Shown here: positions 37,184 to 49,414 of the stretch, in pieces | Layout: every line of letters starts with the position of its first letter | How positions within the stretch are numbered: the stretch's first letter is position 1 | NCBI GenBank assembly: GCA_965112735.1 | Contig: OZ218958.1 | Coordinates: forward strand, 868,001 to 932,000 | Reading direction: 5' to 3' | DNA from: Phaeosaccion multiseriatum | Lineage: Eukaryota > Protista > Ochrophyta, other classes | DNA length: 64,000 bases | Made by a program: the position numbers and the translations under genes | Notes under the pieces: generated by a model | What the model was told of the DNA's origin: nothing | Seen by the model: only the letters and a program-made list of their open reading frames with translations | The model's database searches: none

Positions 37184-40100
37184 ATGCACTACGAGGCGCA
37201 GCAAACTCTCGTGACGGCCACGCCTCTGTCTCCTGGGAGTGCGAGAGGACACTTGGAGGTGTTCAAATCGGATCTGTGCGCCATTGGTGCAGCGGTGGAG
37301 CAGTTATGTGGGCCTCTGCAGATGGAGCTACCTGTAGAGGATGTAGGGAAAGCCGTTCGGAAGCTCGGCCAGCACGAGCAGCAGCAGCAGCCGCTTCAGG
37401 AGCAGGAGAAGGGGGGAACTCCATTCCCAACCTCGCTGGAGCCTTCTTCTCCTACTCCAGGTGTGACTCCCTGGAAGAGTGCAGCTGGAGGACGGAGCGG
37501 TGCTGCGAGCGACTCCGTTTTGTCCTCAACGTCAACTGTCACGGCTTCACCTTTCTTCTACGCAAGGGGCGGCGGAGAGGAAGACCGTGGAATGGGTACA
37601 ACCATCCTACTCGCGTCCAAGGGGGCCGACAGAGGACACATCGAACGCAGGTTAGTACGCAGGTTGGACCCCCTTGTAGTGTAGTGGGTGGGGCACTTGG
37701 CTTTTGGTGATTGTGCATGGGTGCGTGTATGGTCTGTGCTTTAGGGTCGACTCGTGCCAATCCATTCACGTAGTATGTCTTCTTTTCTCCTCTCAGGAGC
37801 CAAGGGCATGCGCCCACACAAGGGGAGGAGGAGGAGGGGGGGGGAGAGGAGGAGGGGGGGGGAGAGGAAGAAGGGACGACGAGAGGGGGAGGGAAAGAGC
37901 CAACAACAGAAGGCCTGCGCAGCATGGTCATGAGTTTGAGCGTCGATTCAAGCATGTGGGGCGGTGTTGGACCGGGTGGAGGAGGGAAGGGAGGAGAGGA
38001 GACGCTTGCAGTGCAGCAGCCGAGGACGCCGCCGGACGAGGGGGGGCGCAATGACTATTCACTGGCCACGGTTGAAGAGCTCGACCCCCCCGGGCGGCAC
38101 CAGGGTATTGAGGACCGTGGGAAGCAGCAGCATGATCATGATTATCGAAAGGTGCAGGATCAACCGTTTCAGCCGTTTCGCTTTCGCTGCGAGGGGGGCC
38201 AAGGGCTCCACGCACAAGACGACTTTGCCACCCGGGTGTTGACCAGCCCACAGAGGAAGCGGGCAGTCGACCAGACCCCACTGCAGGACAAGAGGAAGCA
38301 GGGGGTGGTGGTAGAGGAGGATGACGCCTTCTTCTTCCGCGATTGGGATAGATCGGAGGTGCTGGCGGGATTCTCTCCTGCTCCCGGTGGTGGTGGTGGT
38401 GGTGGTGGTGGTGGTGGTGGTTCTGCCCTTGACCCACGCGATGGTGCCACGCGAAGAAGGGACTCTCCTCGAGCGTTAGTCAAAGGAAGCAGCCGGAGCA
38501 GGCGGTCACGCGTCCAGAAGGAAGCTCAGCAGCAGCAGTCAGCGATACAGCAACAAGGGAAGAGTAATCGGAGCAGGCGGAGGGGCAAACTGGAGGAGCA
38601 GGAGAGCATCTTTAGCTTCTCCCCACCCTTGCTCGACTTGGGGGTGGGGGTGATAGCTTCCTCAAGGCATCTTGTGGCGGATGTCTCCCACAGCCGTGGG
38701 CTGAGAGGAGGATGGAGTGCGAACCATAGGGGTGGGGGTGACGTTGCAGAGAAGAAAGGGATCCTCTTACCATTTTCGAGACCCGTTTCGAGGAGCATGG
38801 ATGCGGCGGAAACGGCGGAAACCACAAGTGGTGTCCCTGCTGCCAGGGCTGTGGAGAGTGTCCTTGGAGAGGAGCACGATGTTCGAGAGGGGCGTGGTGA
38901 TGATGAGAGGCCAGGGGGTGGTGGTGATGATGAGAGGCCAGGGGTTGGTGGTGATGAAGAGAGGTCAGGGGGTGGTGGTGATGAAGAGAGGTCAGGGGTT
39001 GGTGGTGATGAAGAGAGGCCGAGGAGCCCCTTTCTCTTTGAGGATTGGGGCTCGGATGTGTTGCCGAGTCGAGAATGGGCCGCATCGAACAGCCCAAGCT
39101 CCTTCGCCCATGCTCTAAAGGACGAAAGGGGTGGGAAACTTGGAGGAGGAGGAGGAGGAGGAGGAGGAGGAGGAGGAGGAGGAGGAGGAGGAGGGAATGA
39201 CGTTATTAATAGTGGTGGGTGGTGGCAAGGGGGCGATTGGCACGACAGAGATATTCGAGAAGGATGTGGGCGACATGAGTCGCAAGGAGGGGGAGGAAGA
39301 AGAGGAGGGAGAGAAAAAAGGGCATTCGAAGGAGAGATGGCGAGGCTGGGAGAGGAGAATGCTAAGCTGAAGGTACTATGCGACGTCAGGGAAGGAAGGG
39401 AAGAGCAACAGGAGAAGAAAGCCAAGGCGGAGGAGGAGGGGGGGGGGGGGGAGATAAGTCGGGCGGTGAGTACTCCTAAGCGAGGTGATGTCTTCCACGC
39501 GGACACCGGTCATCATCCGTCCTCGTCGGTATCCATATCAGCGTCAATGTCTTCCTCGACAAGCTGGGGGCAGGAGGTGGGGGAGAAGCTGGAGGCCGTC
39601 TTTGGCATGGACATGCAGAGTGTACAGGCTGAGCTCGACACTGCTGCTGCTGCTGCTGCTGGTGGTGGTGGTGGTGGTAAGAATGGTGATGAGAGGACTG
39701 GAGGTGAGACGACTGCTCATGGAGGAGGTAGGAAGGGTGAGAGTAATAGTCAAGCAAGAAGTCAAGCAACAGTGCGCTTGCTGGAGTCGGCGCTGCTGGA
39801 GGAGAAGGAGGCAACCCAAAGGGTTAAGGAGAGTCTACAGCAAGCCCAGGGCGACGTCCATCGCCTTCGGAGCCTGATGCAGGCACTCGAGGGAGAGAAG
39901 GGTAGGCTACAGGACGCACTCCGGGAGGAGAGGGAGGAGAGGCAAGAGGCTGAGCAACGGGCGAGGAAGCAAGCCGAGAACAAGGAGGATGAAAGGGCTC
40001 GGGAGAGGCAGGAGAGGGCCACACGGGAGGCTGAGGAGAGCCGCGCAAGCGCAGCGGCGTTGGCGGAGGCGAGGGAGGGGAGGAAGGAGATGGAGCAACG

Positions 40101-43100
40101 GGTGGGGGTGCTCCATGCCGAGCGAGAAGCCGCGGAGGAGAAGCTGTCGGCCATGGAAGGAGAAAGAGGGGATTGGCTGCGCAAAGAGGCACGGCTGGAT
40201 GCGGAGGTGAAGTGGCTGAACAACGAGCTGAGGGGCTGCAGGGAGCAGCTGGACACCGCACAGCAAGGAGCAGCAGCCGCGGCGGCCAAGGCTCAGGAAC
40301 TTTCTCAGGAACGTTCTCTTGAATTCTCTGACAAGCTGGCACAGCTCAAGGGGGCGCACACTGCAAAGGAGGAGAAGATGCTTACCGACTTGGAGAGGGT
40401 TGAGGGGGAGAAGCAGGCGGTGGAGAGAGAGGTGGTGGCGGTGACGGGTAAGCTGGAGGAGCTGCGGCGTTTGCGAGGTCAGGAGCAGGACAAGGCTGTG
40501 GAATGGAAGAAGCAGAGGCGGCTGCAATTGGTGGCATTGCAGGATCGGGTTTCCGCCTTGGCAGGCTTGGAAGGGAAGCTGCACCAGAGCCAGCAGGAGG
40601 GGTTGGAGGCGCGGAAGGAGGTGTCTGCTCTGAAGTCTCGGCTCGGAGCCAGGGCGGTCGAGCTGGAGCAGGTGGAGAAGCAAGTCGGGGACGCGCGTGC
40701 CGAAGCTGCTGAAGCGCGTACACAGGTTTCCAAGTCGGCGAGTACGCTAGCGGAGGTGGAAGGGAAGCTCGGTGCGCTTCGGGTAGAGGTCGAGAGTACG
40801 AGAAGGGAGATGGGACGGCTGAAGAGGGAGGCAGAGGATGAGAGGCAGAGGAGGGACATCGGGCAGGAGAAACGGCAAGAGGAGACGCGGAGGCACGCGA
40901 CCGTTGAGTTCGCCCTTCGGGCTGAGCTGGAGCAGAGCAAGGAGCAGGGCAAGAGGGAAGCCACCCAGCTGGGCGAGCGGCTGGGGAAGGCGGAGGCGGA
41001 GCTGCTCAAGGTGAGGACAGAGGCCGCGGCAACCTTGTCCGCCTCACTACAGAGCCAACGAAGGGAGTTCACGGCACAGGTGGAGGAGCTGAGCTGTCGT
41101 CTGGCGGCCACGACGCGCGAGCTAGAGTTGGCCCTGGCGGAGATTGCTCGGCTTAGGGAGCATCACGCCGCGGAAATCGCATCTGCTGCATCTGCTGCTG
41201 CCGCTGCTGCGAGGAGAAGCACCACCGCGAAAGAAGAGCAAGAGCAAGAGGTTAGGAAGTGCGCCGTCGAGAGATTGGAGCATGAGATCTCGGCCTCTCG
41301 GGGCGAGGTGGAGCGGCTAAAGAGGGCACTCAACAAGGCACAGGGGGACGCAGCGAAGGCAGCCAGTGATGCAGCCACGGCGGCCAGTCAGGCAAATAAA
41401 CGCCACAACGAGGTCTTTTTGGAGGCCTCTCGAATGACGGAGGCCTCCAAAGCGTCGTGCGAACGAGCAGCGGAGACTGTGGCTGGCAAGGCCGCTGAGC
41501 TGGAGGCGGAGAAGGAGAGGAGGTTGATGGAGAAGCAGCAGGCAAGGGAGCAGGCGAGGCAGCAGGAGGAGCAGGCAAGGGTAAGGCTCGAGGTGATGAT
41601 CAGAGACGAGAAGGAGCGGTCGGTGCGGGCGGTGCAGCGTGTCACGGACGAAGCGGCGAGGAGGGACGAGGAGAGTAGAGGCACTATTAAGCGACTGGAG
41701 CAGCAGCTGACTGAGAGGGAGAGCGAGCTTCGTCGGCAACGTGGGATCGACCGCAGCCCTGACAGCACTGTCTTGGTGACTCCTTATTCAGAGGCGGCAC
41801 TGAGCGAAGTAGATCGCTCTCAGCAGCAGCTGGAGGAGGACAAGTTGGTGATCAGCAAGGAGCTACAGAGGATGCAGAGCCAGCTCAAGGACCAGGCCCT
41901 GCGTGAGGAAAGGGGGGCGGCGGAGATTTGCCGGCTGCGGGCAGACCTCCAATTGGCCCAGCTGGACAAGGAAAAGGCCAAATTCGAGAGAGAAGAGGCC
42001 GTGGGCCGGGTCGAGGCGGTGATGAGGGAGGCCCGTACACAGCTCGAGAAGGAGGAGGGAAACGCGAAGGAGCGTCTTGCGACACCGATGCTGGAGGAGA
42101 CGACAGCACGGAGCAATGCTGCAACAGTTGGCCCACCAGGCCAGCAGCAGTCATATGGGCAGAGTTACAGCTGGCAGGAGAGTGTGCAATCGCTCTCTGA
42201 GGAGGTGGGCCGAGAGAGGCAGGCGAGGGACGACGCGTTGGTGATGGTGGAGAGGCTTCTCGAGAAGTTGGAGGCTGTGTCGAGTCAGCACGCTCAGGAC
42301 GCACGGGAGGCAAGGAGGCGAGAGGAGGAGTGGGAGAGACGCACCACCCGTCTGGAGCAAGCGGCACGGGCCCAGGCACAGGGAAACGGAAGCGCAACTG
42401 CAAGCGCAAACGCAAACGCAAACACGTACACACGGGCGCAGGTACAAGCTGAAACTGCCTCCGCCACTGAGGGGGAGGCGACAAATGGGTGGGGCAAAGA
42501 GGAGGTGGAGGTGGAGGAGGAGGAGGAGGAGGAGGAGGAGGAGGAGGAGGAGGAGGAGGAGGATAGAAGCGCCGCTACTGCCAAGGAGCGTGCAGTGGAG
42601 GAGGCTGTACGTGTGCGCGTGAGGCGCGAGGTGGCGGGGATGGCCGCGCGTACGAGGAGACTTGAGGCGGAGAATGAGAGGCTTGTGCAAGAGGCAAACG
42701 CTGCCGTAAGGCAGGGGAAGAGGCTCAAGGCTCGCGTCAGGCTCTTGTTTTCGGCGGAGCAGCAGTTGGTGATTCAGCAGCAGCAACAGCAGCAGCAGAA
42801 CCAGTTGGTGATACCGCAGAAGGAGGTGCAGCCGGGGCGGCAGCAGCACCATCACGAGCAACAGGCGGAGTCATATGGACAGGCATTCTTGAAGGCTCGT
42901 CCTGGCCGCCGCCGGCCTTGCCCGGCGGGTGGGAAGGATGGGAAGGAGGGCACGCCAAGAGATGGGAGGGGGCGGCGGAGGAAGAGGGGTGGTAATTGCA
43001 ATGGCGGCGGCAGGGGCCGGTCATTGTCCACCTCTTCGCTGTCTTCGTCATGTTCTTCTTCCGTGGGCAAGTCGTCTCTCCCCTTGTCGTCCTTCTCTGC

Positions 43101-43212
43101 CATCAAAGGCACTATCAGTAGCAGCAGCAGTAGCAGTGGTGTTAGCAGTAGTTGTAGCAGTGTGAGCAGTAGCAGTAGCAGCGGCGGCTGTAGTGCATGT
43201 TCGTGTCGGTAG
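37184..43212 (+). CDS. Very long (~1,960 aa) two-exon coiled-coil protein of unknown function
   Basis: Exon 37184-37650 splices (CGCAG|GTTAGT...CTCTCAG|G) in frame into the 37797-43212 ORF. About 1,000 aa are E/K/R/A/Q/L heptad-rich. A 27-bp coding repeat (GGGDDERPG-like) lies at ~38895-39020. Confidence 0.75.
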
Positions 43213-43610
43213 AAGGCAGGGAAGGAGTAGGTCTCGTAGGTATACGCCTTTCTACAAGAGCCCACCCCTTTTAAAGAGGAAGCCTTTTTTCATTAAAGGT
43301 TAAGAATTGCTTATTTATTTTTAGCAAGGGGCAATTCACGAATGCTCTACCTCTACTGCTACTATTTCTACTCCACAAGTATCAGCAGGCAAGCCTTGTC
43401 GTATCTCGAAAGAAAAGCACACTCTCCTTCTGGTCCTTCCCTTTGCAGACCAACTTGACTTTGAACCACACACTCACTGTATCTGACCTGACGGGCGCCT
43501 GGTGACGCAACGACCTGAACCCAACCTGCTGGTACACCTCTTTCTTCCTGTCCTTCGTGCTTTGCTTGCCAAGAGTGCCCCCCGCCCTCTGTCCGGTCCA
43601 TAGCAGCCTG

Positions 43611-43706
43611 TGGCTTCCCATCCTCCAGTCTGGCTTCCCATCCTCCAGTCTGGCTTCCCATCCTCCAGTCTGGCTTCCCATCCTCCAGTCTGGCTTCCCA
43701 TCCTCC
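43611..43706. repeat. 20-bp minisatellite (TGGCTTCCCATCCTCCAGTC), about 4.8 copies
   Basis: Perfect tandem units directly visible. Confidence 0.95.
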
Positions 43707-44576
43707 GAGCGTGTGAGGTGTGCATACTCTCCAATTCAATCCAAGCAAAGAAATCATTTCGCCTTCGACTTTGATGTCGATGTCCTCGACCTTGCTTAGC
43801 TTTGTCTCGCGGACGGCAAGCGCACAAAACGACACTCCAACCCCCTCCGTGGGTGGGGGGGGGGGGGCGAAGTGAGTAAGTCAACGGAAGGGAGTGCCCT
43901 TTCCCTCCAGACCGCCAAGACCTCCACTCACCACCGCTCACCGCTCACTGTTCACTTCCCCCCCCCCTTCGGCCTCTGCTGTCAATCCGATCCAAAGGGC
44001 CGGGCCTCATTTCCACTATGATGAGATATTCATGCTCACGCACTCACTCACTCACGCACGCATCGCTATATCCGTCTTGGATGGCTTCTCTGTCCCCCCC
44101 CCATACACACACACACACGCACGCGACGTGAGACGTGAGACGTGGAACGCCCGCCCCTCCCCTCCAAAGCGCGGAGAAGGGAGACCTCGGGGCGATGGTA
44201 GGAAGATGAGAGGAGCCACACCACATGCGGCACTCTAATTTGGCATCCATCGCCCCACAGCACAGGGCGAGAGGGCCTTGGAAGACGCTCGAACGTCGTC
44301 CCGAGGAAGCACAACGCTGCTGCTGCTGCTGCTGCTCTACTGATGGGGCCCATGAAGGACTCGGTAAGCGGCCCTCTCCGTATCAATCAGCCTGTGGAAG
44401 GGAGGGCCCAAGCTGAAGAACGGGGGCCCAAGCAGAAGACGAGACGGGGGCAAGCTGAAGACGGCCCAAGCCGTGGTCAAGCAGAGGGGGGCGGGCACGC
44501 CTTCCTCCTTCCTCAGACCGTCGAGCAGAGTGAGATAGAGAGAGGGATGATGTTCCCGTCAAATGCCCGACCTTCG

Positions 44577-44770
44577 TTAGAGGTCATCAATGTCAATCTC
44601 AGAAGGGTCTTCCGCGACACCATCAATGTCGATCTCAGACGGATCCTCCGCCACTGCTGGATTATCACCAACTGATGCTGTTGCTGCTGCTGCTGCCTCT
44701 GCTGCCTCTGCTACGGCTATGGCTGCCGACGCTTTGCCTCCTTCTTGTGCCTCCAGGGCCTCTGCAGGCC

Positions 44771-44819
<49 letters not shown>

Positions 44820-47747
44820 TGGCCTGCTCAGGCTGCTGGGGACGGTTACACGGTGCTTCAACTGCAACAGCTCCAGCAGCTCATCGGTCTGAGGGTTTCC
44901 AACCATCGCCCCTCCCCCCCCTCCTCCCTGCTGCCACTGCCCGTGCGGCGGCGCTGTAATGGCGAAGTTGTCAGCCACGGCAAACGCCCCCTTGGGCAAT
45001 GCACGGGCAGAGAGGCGGTCCTTCACCCATTGCACTTGCTCTTGCGTGATCTGTCGAGATGCGGGATTGTTTAGGGGGGGGGGGCATGTGGGGACACGTA
45101 CATACACACGTACATACATACGTACATAACATACACACATACGGAGGAGTGTGGAGGAGTAGAGAGGGCGCAGGGGGGATGGGGCGACAGCTCAATAAGT
45201 CAGTAAATAAGTCAGTGCAGCAAGCGGGGCAGAGTTAGCACCGTCGAGAAAGAGCTTCACTGCTTCGCTTCACCTCCCATCCTCTCTTCTCCTTGCGTAT
45301 CCCCCCGCTCCGTGACGTGACGTGACTCCGAAGCGACCCATCTTACCTTTGGCGTTTGTTGCGGCATGCTCACCCTCCCACGGGAGCTGCTGAGAAGGTG
45401 GTGCGAGTTCTTGACAATGGCCAGCCACAGGGGGTCGTAGCACAGCGTTGGCGACGACGAGGTGGATGTGGAGGCCTCCTCCGTGGCTGGCCTGGGGATT
45501 TGCACGAGTTGTAGGAAGTCCCGATTGGGCAGGCACTTGTCCAGGGCTAAGAACTTTGTCACCTTCGGCTGGCCTTGTTGTTGGTGTCCCTGCTGCTGGC
45601 CCTGCCCATTGGGAGGAGGAGAGTGGGGTACAACGGCTGCGAACTTGCAGTGCAAGTGTGCAGAGAACCAGAAGTCGGGCTGGAGGATGTTCAAGAGCGT
45701 CTCGGCGGGGACGCTTCCAAGCTCGTTGTTGGTGATCTGGGGAGAGGAGGGGTAGGGAGGATGCCAGAGAAGGAGGGGGGAGGGACGACATCGAGAGGAG
45801 GGGGGGGGGGGGTGGGGGGTGCAGCGTGAGCAAAGCAAAGCAACTCGAAGGAACAAGGTGTGTAGATGTGGAGCGGTGGAAGAGGTGGGTATGGACACCA
45901 TTTACTCCCTCACTCACTCAGCGACACACCATATATACTACAAGCTACTCATCCCACTCTCACTCGCTCATGACGGAAGGACGGAAGGCCTCAATCCGAT
46001 CCTCATTCACGAAGCAAGGCTCCATCCTGCCCTCACTCCCTTACGCATTCACTCACCCACCCACTCTTCTCCCTACCACTCACTCACTCACTCACTCACT
46101 CACTCACCCGCCCACTCGCTCACTCACTCACCCGCCCACTCGCTCACACGCTCATCCATTCTCTCACCCACTCACGCACCCTTTCACCCCCCTACCCACT
46201 CACTGGCTCACTCACTCAATCACTCACTCATTCACTCACTCACTCACTCACTCACTCACTCACTTACTCACTCACTCACTCACACCCTCCCTCACCCACT
46301 CACCCACTCACTCACTTCTCGCCCACTCATTCACGCTCTCACTCTCTCACTCCCTCATTCACTCACTCACTCACTCACTCACTCACCGACTGACTGACTG
46401 ACTGACTGACTGACTGACTGACTGACTGACTGACTGACTGACTGACTGACTGACTCACGTCTTCTCTGAAGAACGGTTTCCTTCGAAGCAGGTCCTCCTT
46501 ATCACCGAAGTCCGTAATGCCCGTGGGCCAGTCGTGGCTAAGGCAAATGTCAATCTTCTGCTGCTGTTGGTCTTCCTGTAACTGTTGCATCTGAGCCAGT
46601 TGGAATACTTCCAGCTCCCTCACGTGGTACACACTCCGGAGAGAGTCTTTAGAGTACGGAGGGCGTTCATGTCGCCCCTGGGAATAGTCCCTGAGATGTG
46701 CGTGTATATATAGGTATATACATAGATTGGGGGGGGGGGGGGGGGATGTGAAGGATCGGTGACGGGTGACGGAAGCAGGCATGAAAAGGACAGGTAATTG
46801 TTGATGCAGCAAATACTCCCGAGAGGGCGGAGAGGGAGCGCAACATCGGGGCTGAGAAGGAAAGGCGAAAGAATACTACAAAGGCAGTGGGGTCAATAGA
46901 AGAATAAGAATACACCCAAGCTCCTCCAATATGCCATCCTACTTGGCCCTTCTCTCTCCCTGTGTGTGTGTGTGTGTGTGTGTGTCTGTCTTTCTCTCAT
47001 CCCTCTTTTATCAAAACTCGCAACACGGATGATCAGTTTCGAGCCCGCCTCTTTACACGCACCTCCCCTTGTAGATGCCCGTCAGGCCCGCTATTCTCAC
47101 CCCGCCCACCGTCACCACACCGGCGAAGCCCATAAAATATATATTCGGCGCCACCCAGCCCCCGTAGTAAAGCTCCTGTAGGTAGTTGGAGGCCTCGTGG
47201 TTACCGCCCACGAAGATGGTAAGGACGGGTGCCACGGCCTCTCCGCTGTAGTACCTGTGGAATGATGCCTAAAGCCACGTGTAGGCCCACGAGATACACG
47301 GTTCAAGTCAGGGAAACGGTAAGTAAGGGTAGGGAGGAGGCGGAGGCGAAGTGGGTGCACGGTGGAGCGGGAAAAGTGGAGGTGGAGATGGGGGTGAGGA
47401 AAAGCACCTCACGACGGGAGTACTCTCTTTGACAGACCCAAGGCAGGGAGAACTTGATGGAAGAGGAGAGAGAATGAGGAGAGACGCAGAGAGAAAGAAA
47501 TAAACACAGACAGAGAGGGAGTCCTTACCATTGTTTTGAACTTTTGAGGCACCGCGATGGAGTCATAGTCTCCCTGGTTGCGCAGCGCCTGGAAGTCGCC
47601 ACAGCAGATGAGCAGATCCACTTTGATGCCTTGCCGCTCTTCCAAGAGCGCGATGCTGGCGTAGATCTTATCCAGCTCCCCATGGCAACAGCCTTCAACA
47701 ATAATGTTCAGAGGAGGTGCCCGCTGCTGTTGCTGCGCAGACTCCAT
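44577..47747 (-). CDS. DBR1: RNA lariat debranching enzyme
   Basis: [123 protein letters not shown], and an acidic C-terminal DPSEIDIDD; five exons. Confidence 0.97.
46075..46456. repeat. Intronic (TCAC)n-like run followed by perfect (TGAC)n in DBR1
   Basis: Directly visible tetranucleotide repeats. Confidence 0.9.
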
Positions 47748-47850
47748 CCCAAGAGCTGCTTATGGAGGGAAAGGGGGGGGGGGCAAGGGCAGCGAAATCA
47801 ATTTTGGCCATCCACTGCCATGGAAACGGGGCGGGAGAATCTTAACACAA

Positions 47851-48064
47851 TGCCAGCGCCAGTGACAGCCACGATCTCGTGGATGACAACGCCCCGGATG
47901 TGCGGATGTCGGTCCAAGCCTTGTGGGACAGTGGAAGTGATGTGAGGATGGTCGTTGGAGGCACCTTAACTCGAACCTCACATCACTTCCACTGTCCCAC
48001 AAGGCTTGGACCGACATTTGGGGCGTTGTCATCCACGAGATCGTGGCTGTCACTGGCGCTGGCA
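47851..48064. repeat. Long inverted repeat / foldback (arms 47851-47947 and 47976-48064, 28-nt loop); candidate hairpin RNA
   Basis: The arms are reverse complements apart from an 8-nt bulge and two G/T appositions. Confidence 0.9.
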
Positions 48065-48124
48065 CCTCCTCCCCTGCGTCAAGGTTCGGCTGCAGTGTAC
48101 TGATGTATGGTGCAGAGGGCGGCG

Positions 48125-48600
48125 ACGATTAGCTGACGGCGCTGATGCTAATTATGCGACCGAAGAGGGGGTGAATGCATGTTTGAAGTCGAAAGTATTG
48201 ATCATGAGAAGGGGCACTCTTCCGTGGTGAAGGAGCTCCTATCAGCCGGGGCCAATGTGGACCACAAAAACTCTGCTGCAGTGGCTTCTCTCATGTTAGC
48301 GTGTGACTATGGCCCACCTCAGAGTTGCTACTGGCAGCCCAAGCAAATGTGGAGAGGGTGAATGCGGATGGAGACTCTCCGCGGATGACTGCAGCGTATT
48401 GTGGGGGCATGTTGATATCGTCAAGGCCCCACTTTGTGCGGGCTGTGACCTTGATACTATTCGCATCATCGAATATGCAGGGGATACTACTTATGCCAAC
48501 GCGACGGCTGCAGATATGGCGAAGGATGGAGGGCACCGAGATCGTCAAGCTCATCGAGAAAGAGGCTGCCGACAGAGCAGAACGGGTCAAGAGAGACGCA
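48125..48600 (+). pseudogene. Frameshifted ankyrin-repeat gene remnant
   Basis: Ankyrin fragments are split across three frames: LADGADANY, KGHSSVVKELLSAGANVDHKN...LMLACDYG, LLAAQANVERVNADGDSPRMTAA, GHVDIVKAPLCAGCD, TAADMAKDGGH/TEIVKLIE. Confidence 0.75.
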
Positions 48601-48927
48601 GGTAAGGAGGGTGTGGCGAAAGAGGGAGGGAAGGGTTTGTTTAGAGCCATTGAATTGTGTTTCCTGCGGAGCTTTCTCCGATAGTTGCGGAGCTTCTCCC
48701 CTCGTCGGTCTGGTCTGTCGCATAAGTTCCTTGCCTGCCTTCCATCCTTCCGTTTCCACCCTTCTCCTTGTTCTCCACTTGCTGTGTCGTGTTTTTGTCG
48801 CAGCTTTCGAGCGTCGCAAATGGCTTGTTGGGATGTGGTGGAGGGCGAAGAGAGGGGAAGCAGTAGCAGTAGCTGCAGCAGCAGAAGGAAAGACGGCGAC
48901 AGCTGCAACAGAAGGAGGGACGGTGAT

Positions 48928-48971
<44 letters not shown>

Positions 48972-49414
48972 GAGGAGGAGGTGCTTCACGACGGCCCAAG
49001 CGATCATGTGTCTGAGCTGGCTGACTGTCCGAGGTGTGCAGCAGTCCACCTGCGCTAGCTAGATGGCACCCAATGTTGCATATACTACGGCTCTACTATA
49101 TATGCCTTCCTTGGAATCAAGACGTCGCAGCCGCAATGTGCGAGTTGGATCGACTTAATATGTATAAATCTACATACATTCTGAACGCCTAAGATATACA
49201 CCCACCCACCCTCAGAGGCCTCTGTGGTGCGATCGCTTTCTCACCGTATCCCCCGATGATACACTCTCGTTCATGCTTTCTCACCCTCTCTCTTGCGTGA
49301 CCCCTACCTACTCTCTCTCTCTCTCTCTCTCTCCTTTGCCTCCACCAACCCTCTTGCCCCCTCTCTCTACATGTCTTTCTACATACCTTCGCTCCTTTGC
49401 TTCAACTCACCGCT

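Noticed and set aside
43368-44390. Possible small minus-strand gene downstream of DBR1
   Set aside because: Exon-like pieces (KLSKVEDIDIKVEGEMISLLGLNWR) exist, but I could not join a coherent frame or recognise a family.
45819-46401. HSLT/THSL repeat ORFs
   Set aside because: Translation of the (TCAC)n repeat antisense within a DBR1 intron.
47255-47530. Apparent need for a microexon in DBR1
   Set aside because: An upstream acceptor (TTTAG|GCATCATTCCACAGG) restores the frame as KTM|ASFHRYYSG.
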